Both the position numbers and the translations under genes were made by a program. Under the pieces are notes generated by a model. That model was not told where the DNA came from. It did no database searches and was given only the letters and a program-made list of their open reading frames with translations. A stretch of DNA of 64,000 bases from the human T2T-CHM13v2.0 reference genome, Homo sapiens, in the NCBI RefSeq assembly GCF_009914755.1, contig NC_060928.1. One strand, 5' to 3'. Shown piece by piece: positions 53,850 to 64,000 of the stretch (position 1 is its first letter; the number at the start of each line of letters is the position of its first letter).

Positions 53850-53990
53850 AGTGTGATTGGAGCTGCAGTGCATGCAGTGGGCCCCTGAAAACAGACTGCC
53901 TGCAGTGCATGGATGGCTATGTTCTCCAGGATGGGGCCTGCGTGGAGCAGTGCTTGTCATCATTTTACCAGGACTCGGGCCTCTGCAAGA
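53850..53990 (+). CDS. FRAS1: FRAS1 coding exon (~exon 24), FU repeat
   Basis: ctttctttttag| ... A|gtaagt; 141 nt; CDWSCSACSGPLKTDCLQCMDGYVLQDGACVEQCLSSFYQDSGLCK. Confidence 0.96.
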
Positions 53991-54578
53991 GTAAGTGTGT
54001 AGAGGCCCTGCTCTGTGCTCAGCCATACCTTGGCCACCTCTGATTTGTACTGTTCTCAGAAGGAAACAGTGGCAAGTTTCCCCTTCTGGCTTTTTACCCC
54101 ATTTCTGGTTTCTTTCCTAAGAGCTATCTTTGTTATCATGAAAATTTCCCCTTTTCATCTTCCATGCCTTAATAAGACATTTGCTAAAATTTGAGGGCAA
54201 TATGGGAATCTTGGGCATATAGGACCACACAAACAGGTATGTGTTAGCTGTTACTTTCAGATTTTCTTAAAAATTGAACAGTCAGGTCCTCCAGGTGGGA
54301 AGGTGTTTGTACCCTGGGCATTTGGGCACATAGGAAGACCCGATTATTTCACTATCTGCCCCCTTCAACCCTCTGTATACCATATAGCTCACAATCATCT
54401 GTCTCTGGCCTAGTATCCCTTTTAGCCTCAACTGAACACTACAAAATTCTCAGACCCTGAAATTCCCATCAAAAGTGCACAGAGAGCATTCCTAGGAGTA
54501 TTCCTGGGGGACTGAAAACTGACTTGATGAACCACGAAAGGTTGACATTTCAGCAAAACAGTACTGAGAGCCAAGGAC

Positions 54579-54619
<41 letters not shown>

Positions 54620-54627
54620 GTTGCTTA

Positions 54628-54933
54628 GGCCAGGAATGGTGGCTCACGTCTGTAATCCCAACAGTTTGGGAGGCGGAGGCAGACAGATCACCTGAGGTCG
54701 GGAGTTCAAGACCAGCCTGACTAACATGGAGAAACCCCATCTCTACTAAAAATACAAAATTAGCCGAGCATGGTGGCACATGTCTGTAATCCCAGCTACT
54801 CAGGAAGGCTAAGCCAGAATCGCTTGAACCCGGGAGGCAGAGGTTGCGGTGAGCCGAGATTGTGCCACTGCACTCCAGCCTGGGCAACAAGCAAAACTCC
54901 GTCTTAAATAATAATAATAATAATAATAGTAAT
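54628..54933 (+). mobile_element. AluS (Sp/Sq-like) with (AAT)n tail
   Basis: Full dimer with gaggtcgggagttc and catggagaaacccc; (AAT)n on both sides. Confidence 0.93.
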
Positions 54934-55242
54934 AGCTGCTGATATCTGTCATTCACTTTATAGTTTATCTAGCATTTTCCATGGGTGGGTAGGACAGTAT
55001 ATCAACCCCCATTTTATAGAGAAGAACACAGGCTCAGTGAGGTAGAGTGACTAATCCTAAGTGTCCCAGCTGGTAAGTATCATAGTGACAACCAGAACCC
55101 AGACTCCTTGACTCTTCATATGGTCCTTTGCCCAGTACACTAGGCTGTACTGCTGCTGGACATCTCATGCTGCCTTTCCACAAAGGCCTGGAGCCCCTGG
55201 AAAGCCACACAGATTCCTGATGACTTGACTTTTGTCTTTCAG

Positions 55243-55383
55243 ACTGTGACAGCTACTGTCTCCAGTGCCAAGGTCCCCATGAGTGTACCCGCTGCAAAGG
55301 GCCATTTCTCCTCTTGGAAGCCCAGTGTGTCCAGGAATGTGGGAAGGGGTACTTTGCAGATCATGCAAAGCACAAATGCACAG
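55243..55383 (+). CDS. FRAS1: FRAS1 coding exon (~exon 25), FU repeat
   Basis: ttttgtctttcag| ... G|gtaact; 141 nt; CDSYCLQCQGPHECTRCKGPFLLLEAQCVQECGKGYFADHAKHKCT. Confidence 0.96.
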
Positions 55384-56872
55384 GTAACTTGGAGACTGTG
55401 CTGATTATTCTGGAAAGAAGTGAGGGCAGCAAGTAAGTCACATGTGCTGACTCTCAGGTATCCAAGAATACTTAAATTAGAAAGCAGAATGAAAGCCCAG
55501 AGGGCTTAGCCTAAGTAATTGATGGCTTCCCATGCATATCTGCCGTATGTTGGTTAATTAGGATATAGGAGTGTAAGCCAATATTCTCTTACACAAATCA
55601 ATATTGTCCCCAAAGGTCTTTATGGAAACAAAGCCAATATTTTATGGAATGTAACGCTTCTATTGATCTACAGTGAGGGATCCATTAAGAGTGGATCAGC
55701 CCTGTTGATATAGACATAGAATTTTTAGTGTTTAGACTAAATGCCCATGATTCTGACATTGGCATAAATCCTTAAAGAATGGGATTTTTGGGGACAATTC
55801 AGTGAAACACACTGGAGCTTTTATGAAACTCAAGTTGAACCCCAAGTCTTAATCTCCTTGTCCACTGGATTAGCTAAGAGAGTTTTATCAGTTTGTTCTC
55901 ATCATATCTATCAAAACTTGGTTCGTATGCCCCACTGTAATACTTGACATTTAATAATGCTATTAACCCGGCATAGCATTTACATATCACTAAATTTACC
56001 CCATTTGCATTATCTAATTTAATATTCACAATGGCTTGATAAAATATCACAGACACTATGAATCCTGTCTTACAAGTGAAAGAAAAATAAGAGACTTAAA
56101 AGTGTTAATCACAGCAACTTAAGATCAGATGTTAAGCCCAGGTTTTCTGATTCTAATCCGGGGCCCTTTAAACTATACCGTATAGCCTCTCTATAACAAA
56201 ATCTCAACTAAGAAAGCAGGAAAATTAGGCAGTAAAAATGCTTCATTGAAAATTGTTAACTTGACCTGAATAAGTAATCCTATGTCCTATTAATAGCTGC
56301 TCCCCTCCAGTATTTAAAATACTATTAAATACTACTACTAAAAACAATAATAATAAGAGATACAATGGTGGTAGTAGAAAAATTGAGCCCTTCCTGTGTA
56401 CCAGGCACTGTTTTCGTCATTGCACATTATAACACATGTAATCCTCCCAACAATTATTTGCACTAGGTGCTATTAATGTTCCCATTTTTAAGACAAGAAA
56501 TTTATGACACCGATTGTTAAACAGAACTTGCCCAAGGTCAACAGCTGGGAAGGTTAGAGGAGGAAGCGTACCTAGAAAGAGTCTGTGCTCTTAATCACTA
56601 CAAAGGTCTTTTCTTACAAGTCAATATGGTTAACTTTTTAAACAATTCATTTTTGTGTAACATTTTTAGATCTCATTGTGGAACGTGAGGAGTGTTCCTC
56701 TCTGTAGATCAGCTCCCTATATATTCTGTAGGGAAACTGTCAGTATTCTCTTTTGTTACAGTTGGGGCTCATTTGTTGCATGTGCTCTGACTCTTCTGGT
56801 TGCAAGCCCTTTATTTCTTTGTCGCTGGTGTTGCCTTGATTGAGCCTCATTTAGTGTTTCCTTTTTTAATAG

Positions 56873-57013
56873 CCTGCCCTCAGGGGTGCTTGCAGTGCAG
56901 CCACAGGGACCGTTGTCACCTCTGTGACCATGGGTTCTTTCTGAAGAGTGGCCTCTGTGTTTACAACTGTGTTCCTGGCTTTTCTGTCCACACCTCTAAT
57001 GAAACATGTTCTG
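56873..57013 (+). CDS. FRAS1: FRAS1 coding exon (~exon 26), last FU repeat
   Basis: ccttttttaatag| ... G|gtaagt; 141 nt; CPQGCLQCSHRDRCHLCDHGFFLKSGLCVYNCVPGFSVHTSNETCS. Confidence 0.96.
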
Positions 57014-57324
57014 GTAAGTGCTTCTCCTCAGATGGTCTGGTGAATTTACCAATAATTTCTCTATGTGAAGGCTGAGTTTGCAGACATAATTGACTTATGT
57101 GATATAAAATGCAGCATTCCCAATTTGGGAAAACCCATGGTGCTACTAAGGAGTAAGGGACTCTTTATAGAATATGGAAAATTGGGAAATCGCAACTTCT
57201 GTAATCATTGGAAAGGAAAAGAAGCAATCTGTGCCTTAAAAGTCACAGCTATCAGATAAGAAATTGGCATAAAACTTAGCTAAGTTCCTGAACTACAGCC
57301 ATGTTATAGAAAATTACATATATA

Positions 57325-57641
57325 CAGTCACACTTTGCTTAATGATGGGGATACATTCTGAGAAATGCATCATTAAGCAGTTTCATCATTGTTCGAACTC
57401 CATGGAGTGTACTTACACAAACCTAGATGGTATAGCCTACTACACACCAAGGCTATAAAAATATAGGCTACAAACCTGTACAGCATGTGAGTGTACTGAA
57501 TACTGTAGGCAATCGTAACACAATAGTAAGTATTTGTGTTTCTAAACATATCTAAAATAGAAAAGGTACAGCATAATTTTATGGGACCACCATCATATAA
57601 GTGGTCTGTTGTTGACTGAAATGTTATATAGCACATGACTG
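57325..57641. mobile_element. Tigger3a (MER7A)-like TcMar-Tigger MITE
   Basis: TA|cagtca...tgactg|TA terminal inverted repeats with TA TSD; internal gtgtacttacacaaacctagatggtatagcctactacacacc. Confidence 0.85.
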
Positions 57642-57842
57642 TATTTACATATAATTTATTTATATTTATATAAATTTGTATAGCTAATTATGTCAAAGTG
57701 CAGTGGTACACCCTTTTTCACACAGTAGAGATAAATTATAAATAAATAACAAATAGTATGAGGAGTCTGCTTCATGAGGTTCACATGTTTCTAGTGGATG
57801 GATTTCAGGCTACCCCGTTTGCCCTTAAAAATATGTAACATC

Positions 57843-58226
<384 letters not shown>

Positions 58227-59041
58227 TTAAATTCAGTCTTAATTTTGAATCCCAAAACCTTTATGGTGAGTAAAGCTTGGGAGGGACATTACTCTGAGTG
58301 TTTGTTGGCTTTTGAGAGTCGTTCGTCAAAAACATGAGGCATTTTTTAACACTCATATTCAATCATATTTTCTGTCTCTATATTTCTGGCCTTTAAAGAT
58401 ATTAAGACTTCCCCATGGGAAAAAATATTTTTGGCTTATTTTTGGGGAATCTTTCTGAAAACCCTAAGTACTTGAGAGCCAGCTTACTTCTCTCTGGGAT
58501 ATAAGTCCACTTGTGAAAATGAGTGCCACTCTCATTAGAGCGATCTTACAGTCGAAGTAGTCCCACTGAAACTTGGCATTTCCAAACTGTCCTGTCTGAC
58601 CTAGTTGTAAAAAGGAGCACTACCAACTAAAGTCCAGGCAAAAACAACTTGCAGGAGACGGGATAAATTCTACAGCATGTTAAGAAATCCCTTTTTGTCC
58701 ATCAGATGTTTCATGTGGACAAAGATTATAAAATTGTAAGACAAGGTATGTGTATTTCACATGAATTCTAAGTATGAGCCCCTGATAATCCTACTCCAGT
58801 GTAAATTAACTGGTGCTATTCTAGGAAATGGTAGCAAACACCAGCCTCTTTACTTGCCCTTGGCAGGTCTGATGTGGCAGGTGCATCAGGATAGGACTGT
58901 GGTTCTCAAAGCCAGCAGCCCGCTAGGATTACCTGCTGAGTTTGTAAAATTCCCGAGGTCCTACCCAAGAACATCCAAGTCAGAAGCTCTGGCAGTGGAG
59001 CCCAACTGTCAGTATTGTTTTAAAAGATCCCTATATGATTC

Positions 59042-60150
59042 TTATTATTATTGAGATGTAATTTACATACCATAAAATTCATGCTTTAAAGTATACAATT
59101 CAGTGGTTTTTAGTGTATTCACAAAGTTGTGCAACTATCACCACTACCTATTTCCAAAACATTTTCATCACTCTAAAAGGAAATCCCATAATATTAGCAG
59201 TTTCTCTCCGCTCCTGTCTCAACCCAGTCCCTGGAAACCACTAATCTCCTTCTGTCTCTAGGTATTTGCCTATTCTAGACATCTCACATAAATGGAACTT
59301 ACAATATATGGCCTTTTATGTATGGCTGCTTTTACTTAGCATAATATTTTCAAGGTTCATCCATATGATATCATGAATCAGCACATCATTCCTTTTTCTT
59401 TCTGTAGATGAGTAATATTACATTTTGTGACATACCACATTTTATTTATCCATTAAACAATGAATGGACTTTTGAGTTGATTTCACTTTTTGACTATTAT
59501 GAGTAATGCTGCTATGAACATTTGTGTACAAGTTTTGTGTGGACAAATGTTTTCAATTCTCTTGGGTTTATATACCCAGGAGTGGAATTGCTGTGTCCTT
59601 TGGTAACTGTATTTAATTGAGGAACTGTCCAACTGTTTTCCCAAGTGACTACACCATTTTACACTCCCATCAGTAATCCATGAGGTTTTGATTTCTCCAC
59701 GACCTAACAATTTTCATTGTCTTTCCTAGTGGAAGTGAAGTGATATCTTATTGTGTTTATGATTTTGCACCTGCTCATGTGCTTATTGGCCTTTTGTGTA
59801 TCTTCTTTGAAGAAATGCCTATTCAAATTCTTCACCCATTTTAAAAATTGGGTTTTTCATTTTCTATTGTTTGAGTTATAGGAGTTCTTTATATATTCTT
59901 GACACAAGTCCCTTTGTAGATATATGATTTGCATGTTTACTCCCATTCTGTGGGTTGTCTTTTCACTTTCTCATGGGTGTCCTTTGAATATAAAAATTTT
60001 ACATTTTGATGATGTCCATTTATTTTTTCTTTTGTCACATGTGCTTTTTGTGTCTTATCTAAGAAAGCATTGTCTACTTCAAAATCGTAAAAATGTACTC
60101 CTATATTTTCTTCTAAGAGTTTTATAGTTTAACGATTACATTGAAGTCCT
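59042..60150 (-). mobile_element. L1M (L1MB-like) 3' region
   Basis: ttgagatgtaatttacataccataaaattc...aatgctgctatgaacatttgtgtacaag...tatacccaggagtggaattgctg, typical old L1 3' end. Confidence 0.88.
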
Positions 60151-60860
60151 ATGTTCTTGCCGTGCATCCAGTGTGGTAACCACTGGGAGGCTTATTGTAT
60201 ACCATAGCCCAGAATTTCATCTGTGCAGCTCTGAATTTACAACATTACAAGCTTATTTAAAATTTTTAAGAAAAGGTTGGCACACGGAGGGCAGCTGAAA
60301 GGAAAGCTGGAGCTGCCTGTAAGAGGGGAACATGTCTGAGTCAGAGCCACAGCTCAGCAGGAAGTGAGAGTGGTGTTTGGCAGATGCGGTGGTAAAGATA
60401 GGTACTGGTTTGGAATTAGGAATTGTTTTCTCACCTAAGCTTCTTTAAAAGAAGAAAGTAGCCATTAGCCTTTAGTTTGGCATGGAATTAGGAATGGCCT
60501 ACTCCAGCCATCGGCATAGTTTCCAGGCTCCATGTCTTCTATATGGAACGTGTGTCAAAGAACAGGAGCAGTTACTCACACCTGAGGACCTCCCACTGGC
60601 AGGCAAAGAGACATCATGTGTATTCTTCAGGAATACTGAAGTTCCCTAGAGCGAGCTGACGGTTGTGGTCTTTTGTAACAATGTAATGCTATAAACTCCA
60701 GCACACTGTTTATGCAGTGAAATCAACTCTGTTTCTTATTTTGTGTTTATTCTCTGGAAATTGTAAGGAGGTGGTCTGAAAAAATAAACAAAATAAGGGG
60801 AAAGTGACCTAATTAGTGAAGGTACCATAAGCTTGACCTTTGGATTCATATGTTTTTCAG

Positions 60861-61131
60861 GCAAAATACACACCCCTAGTCTTCATGTGAATGGTTCCCT
60901 GATCCTCCCAATTGGTTCAATAAAGCCACTGGATTTTTCCCTCCTGAATGTCCAAGACCAGGAGGGTAGGGTCGAAGATCTCCTATTTCATGTTGTGAGC
61001 ACTCCCACCAATGGTCAGCTAGTGCTCTCAAGAAATGGAAAAGAGGTTCAGCTGGACAAGGCTGGCCGTTTTAGCTGGAAAGATGTGAACGAGAAGAAAG
61101 TGCGTTTTGTGCACAGCAAAGAAAAACTCAG
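60861..61131 (+). CDS. FRAS1: FRAS1 coding exon (~exon 27), first CSPG (NG2-like) repeat
   Basis: tgtttttcag| ... AG|gtgact; 271 nt, phase 1-2; KIHTPSLHVNGSLILPIGSIKPLDFSLLNVQDQEGRVEDLLFHVVSTPTNGQLVL...FSWKDVNEKKVRFVHSKEKL, a CSPG-repeat pattern. Confidence 0.95.
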
Positions 61132-62446
61132 GTGACTCTGTGTTCTGTTGTTTTCTTCCTGCCTCCTTTCCATCATTGCTTTTCCACTCCTCCACCCTGT
61201 CCCAGCCTCTCTGTCTCAATAGCTAACCCTTCTCATCTGGGGAAGATCAATACTCCACAAGCCCAAATACTCTCAGCTGCCTGTCATCATTTCCCTGTGA
61301 TTGCTCAAAGAGCGTGCATCTGTTAGAGACATTTTCGTTTTCTCACATAATTGTGGGTAATTCTCTGATGCGACAGAAAAGTCCTGATACAATTACCCAG
61401 ATTTTTGGCCCAGCAGAAACAAAACTGGTCATATAACTAGATGTTACAGCTGCTTCTTCAACATTGGGGCAATGTACTGGGAGTGGGCGACAGAGAGAGA
61501 GGATGGAGCACATTCTTTTCAAGGTGTTGTATGGTCTCTGGGATTTTAGAGTTGAAAGGAAACTTAGAATCACAGTGAACTTTTTATTATCCACATTATG
61601 GGATTAATTGTGGTTAATTTTTAAGCCTGATCCAGTTTTCCCCTGATGCTTAGCACACTTCTGGCTGCCTTCCCCACCCCAGCTGACGTTTGCTTCAGGA
61701 ATGCAGTTGAATGTTAACACCAACCCAAGCAAATATAGCTATATAATTAGCAGGGTAAATCTACTCCACAGAAGTCAGAGGGTGCCCCCCAAAGATTAGC
61801 CTCTTGGATTATCCTTCATCCTGCTCTGCTTCATTAGTGCAGATAATTCAGCATAGACTCTATGTATAAACAAGGAGTTGAAACGCTGAAACAGTGACAA
61901 GGACACAGTGAGTATTTTTACTGTCAACACTAACCTTGAGGGTTGGTTGGTTTTGAGGTTTGGGCTGGGAGATAGGTGAGGAGAAAAGTAGATGGCACTG
62001 TCTCTATTGTAATTCAGAGGTGATGATGCCAGTGACCTTGGAAGATCATATTATAGGAATAAGAACAACTAGCATTTATGGAATGCTAACTTTGAGCCAG
62101 GCATCATGTTAGGCACTTTACATGAACTATGTGTCTCATGTTGCTAGTCTACAGATAAGGAAACTGAGGCCTTGAGAGTATAGGTTATCTTGCCCAAGAC
62201 CTCTCAACATGTGTGTGCAGAGCTGAGACTCCAAGCCAAGACTGATTCCACAACGCATGCCTTAAGCCACAATGATTTCTGCCTCCCTAATATACTAGGA
62301 ACAATAGGCATGCTTCCATCCTCGAAGGACAAAAGGTCACTTCATAGAGAAGTATTGCTACAGAGATGGAGCTTAAAACTCTGGTGTTTGATGCCATAGA
62401 CTCTTCAAATTCCTACTCTATATTCTGCATTCATTTTTACTATAAG

Positions 62447-62731
62447 TATTATTATTGTTATTTGAGACAGAATCTCACTCTGTCACTCAGGCTGGAGTAC
62501 AGTGGCACGATCTTGGCTCACTGCAACCTCTGCCTCCTGGGTTGTCTCAGCCTCCTGAGTAGCTGGGACTACAGGCACATGCCACCATACCCAGCTAATT
62601 TTTGTATTTTTAGAAGAGACAGAGTTTCACTGTATTTGCCAGGCTGGTCTCGAACTCCTGACTGCAAGTGATCTGCCTGCCTTGGCCTCCCAAAGTGCTG
62701 CAATTACATGTGTGAGCTGCAACACCTGGCC
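62447..62731 (-). mobile_element. Alu (J/S) with small internal deletion
   Basis: Reverse Alu; ctgggtt joined to gtctcagcctcc without the usual caagcgattctcct. Confidence 0.9.
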
Positions 62732-63291
62732 TATTCTTAAGTATTTCTATCACACAGACACAGAAACACAGAGCTATACAACTCTGTATAGTAGTCACTT
62801 TTCTTGCAGTCACTTATGAAAAGCGTAAAGCTTCGTAGACAACCAAGATCAACCCTCTTGTCTATTTAACATCTTTAACCTCTCATCACCTGTTTTTTTG
62901 TGGAATCATAGCTTTGTACCCCTAAATGGGACAAAGAATGGCAGTTTAGGAAATCCTCACAGTACTCTTTTTGGGGTACCCATTTTAATACTGGATTTTC
63001 TTTATCCAACAAAAGAAAGAATGAGAGGTATAATATCAGCAAAAGAAAGAATGAGAAGAATAATAAAACGAGGTTGGTAGAAACCCATGGAAAATAAAAT
63101 TATTGAAGTCTCTGAATAATGCAAAACAAAAGGGCAACCTGCCACATCAGTTTGTGTTTTGTTTTGTTTTTAACCATGAAGATACTGACCGTGATTCTTT
63201 AGGATTGGATTCCTTTGGGATTAGAATGCTTCTGTGGAGTAAAAGACAACTTATAAGTGTAGTTGCCATCACTGGAACAAAATGGCATTGC

Positions 63292-63611
63292 TGATATACT
63301 GAACACTGTTATTGGAACCTCAGTGCCACCAAAAATCACTTACCCTTATTTGATAGGAAGTACCACCCTTTCTTTTTTCAGGGGTGGTACTCTCATCAGT
63401 TAATAAAATAAGGCATTATTTAATAAAATAAAATAATTTTTTAAAATGATAAATAATGTATTTTATTTATAATGCTGTATTTTATTTATAATGCTGTATT
63501 TTATTAATTGATGGAAGTACCACCCCTGAACAAGGAAGGGGTGGTACTTTCAATCAAATAACAGTGATATACTGAACACTGTTATTGGAACCTCAGTGCC
63601 ACCAAAAATCA
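63292..63611. repeat. 47-bp direct repeats flanking a long imperfect inverted repeat
   Basis: Direct repeat at 63292-63338 and 63565-63611; arm 63346-63430 pairs with ~63478-63561. Confidence 0.95.
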
Positions 63612-63769
63612 TTTTTAAAAAACTATTTTTGTCTTCCCTTCTCTTCTGTCCTGGAAGACAATCCATCAGTTACATTCTCTTGAAGCCTGAGGTGGTGGTG
63701 GAGAGGGACAGGACTTAAATGGGACAGAAAATGAAGGGAAGATAGAAGAGAAGGGAAGACAAGAATCAT

Positions 63770-64000
63770 TTTTTAAAAAGCAATCACGTTTATTGAGGTA
63801 TAATTTGCATTCAATAAAATCCTCCATTTTGAAGTGTGTTGTTCTATAAATTTTAATAACTGTATACAGTTTCGCAGTCTTGTGACCACAACCACAGTCA
63901 ATATGTAAAATAGTTCCGTAACCCCAAAAGTCTTTTTATAGTTGCTCCTTTACCCCTAGTCACTGGTGACCACTGATCCATTTTTACTGCTGAGTTTTGT
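63770..64000 (-). mobile_element. L1M 3' end (runs off the window)
   Basis: tttattgaggtataatttgcattcaataaaat...ccacaaccacagtcaatatgtaaaatagttcc. Confidence 0.75.

Noticed and set aside
54492-54956. 154-aa minus-strand ORF with poly-Leu runs
   Set aside because: Translation of an antisense Alu plus (TTA)n repeats; not a gene.
63292-63611. Possible CRISPR-like or att-site-flanked foreign element
   Set aside because: Only two repeats, no spacer array, no cas or integrase ORF, mammalian intron context; reported instead as a palindrome with flanking duplication.

Overview
Primate (most likely human) genomic DNA from the middle of FRAS1 (Fraser extracellular matrix complex subunit 1), + strand. 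Twelve GT-AG coding exons were read directly. Eleven are symmetric phase-1/phase-1 exons, each encoding one furin-like (FU) Cys-rich repeat; the last (271 nt) begins the CSPG-repeat region. By recall these are about exons 16-27; the numbering is not verifiable here. A probable alternative terminal exon (6568-6660) would give a truncated isoform. Introns are rich in Alu, MIR, L1/L2, hAT/Tigger and LTR repeats. Most notable: (i) a sense-oriented, 5'-deleted HERV-K11/HML-8 remnant whose env frame has two stops but no frameshift, followed by a complete MER11 LTR; (ii) at 63292-63611, a ~230-bp nested palindrome bracketed by a perfect 47-bp direct repeat. No prokaryotic, CRISPR or RNA-gene features were found, and I see no clear evidence of a wholly new gene system. 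Most short ORFs in the track are repeat or intron noise. Repeat family names come from remembered consensus sequences, not a search.
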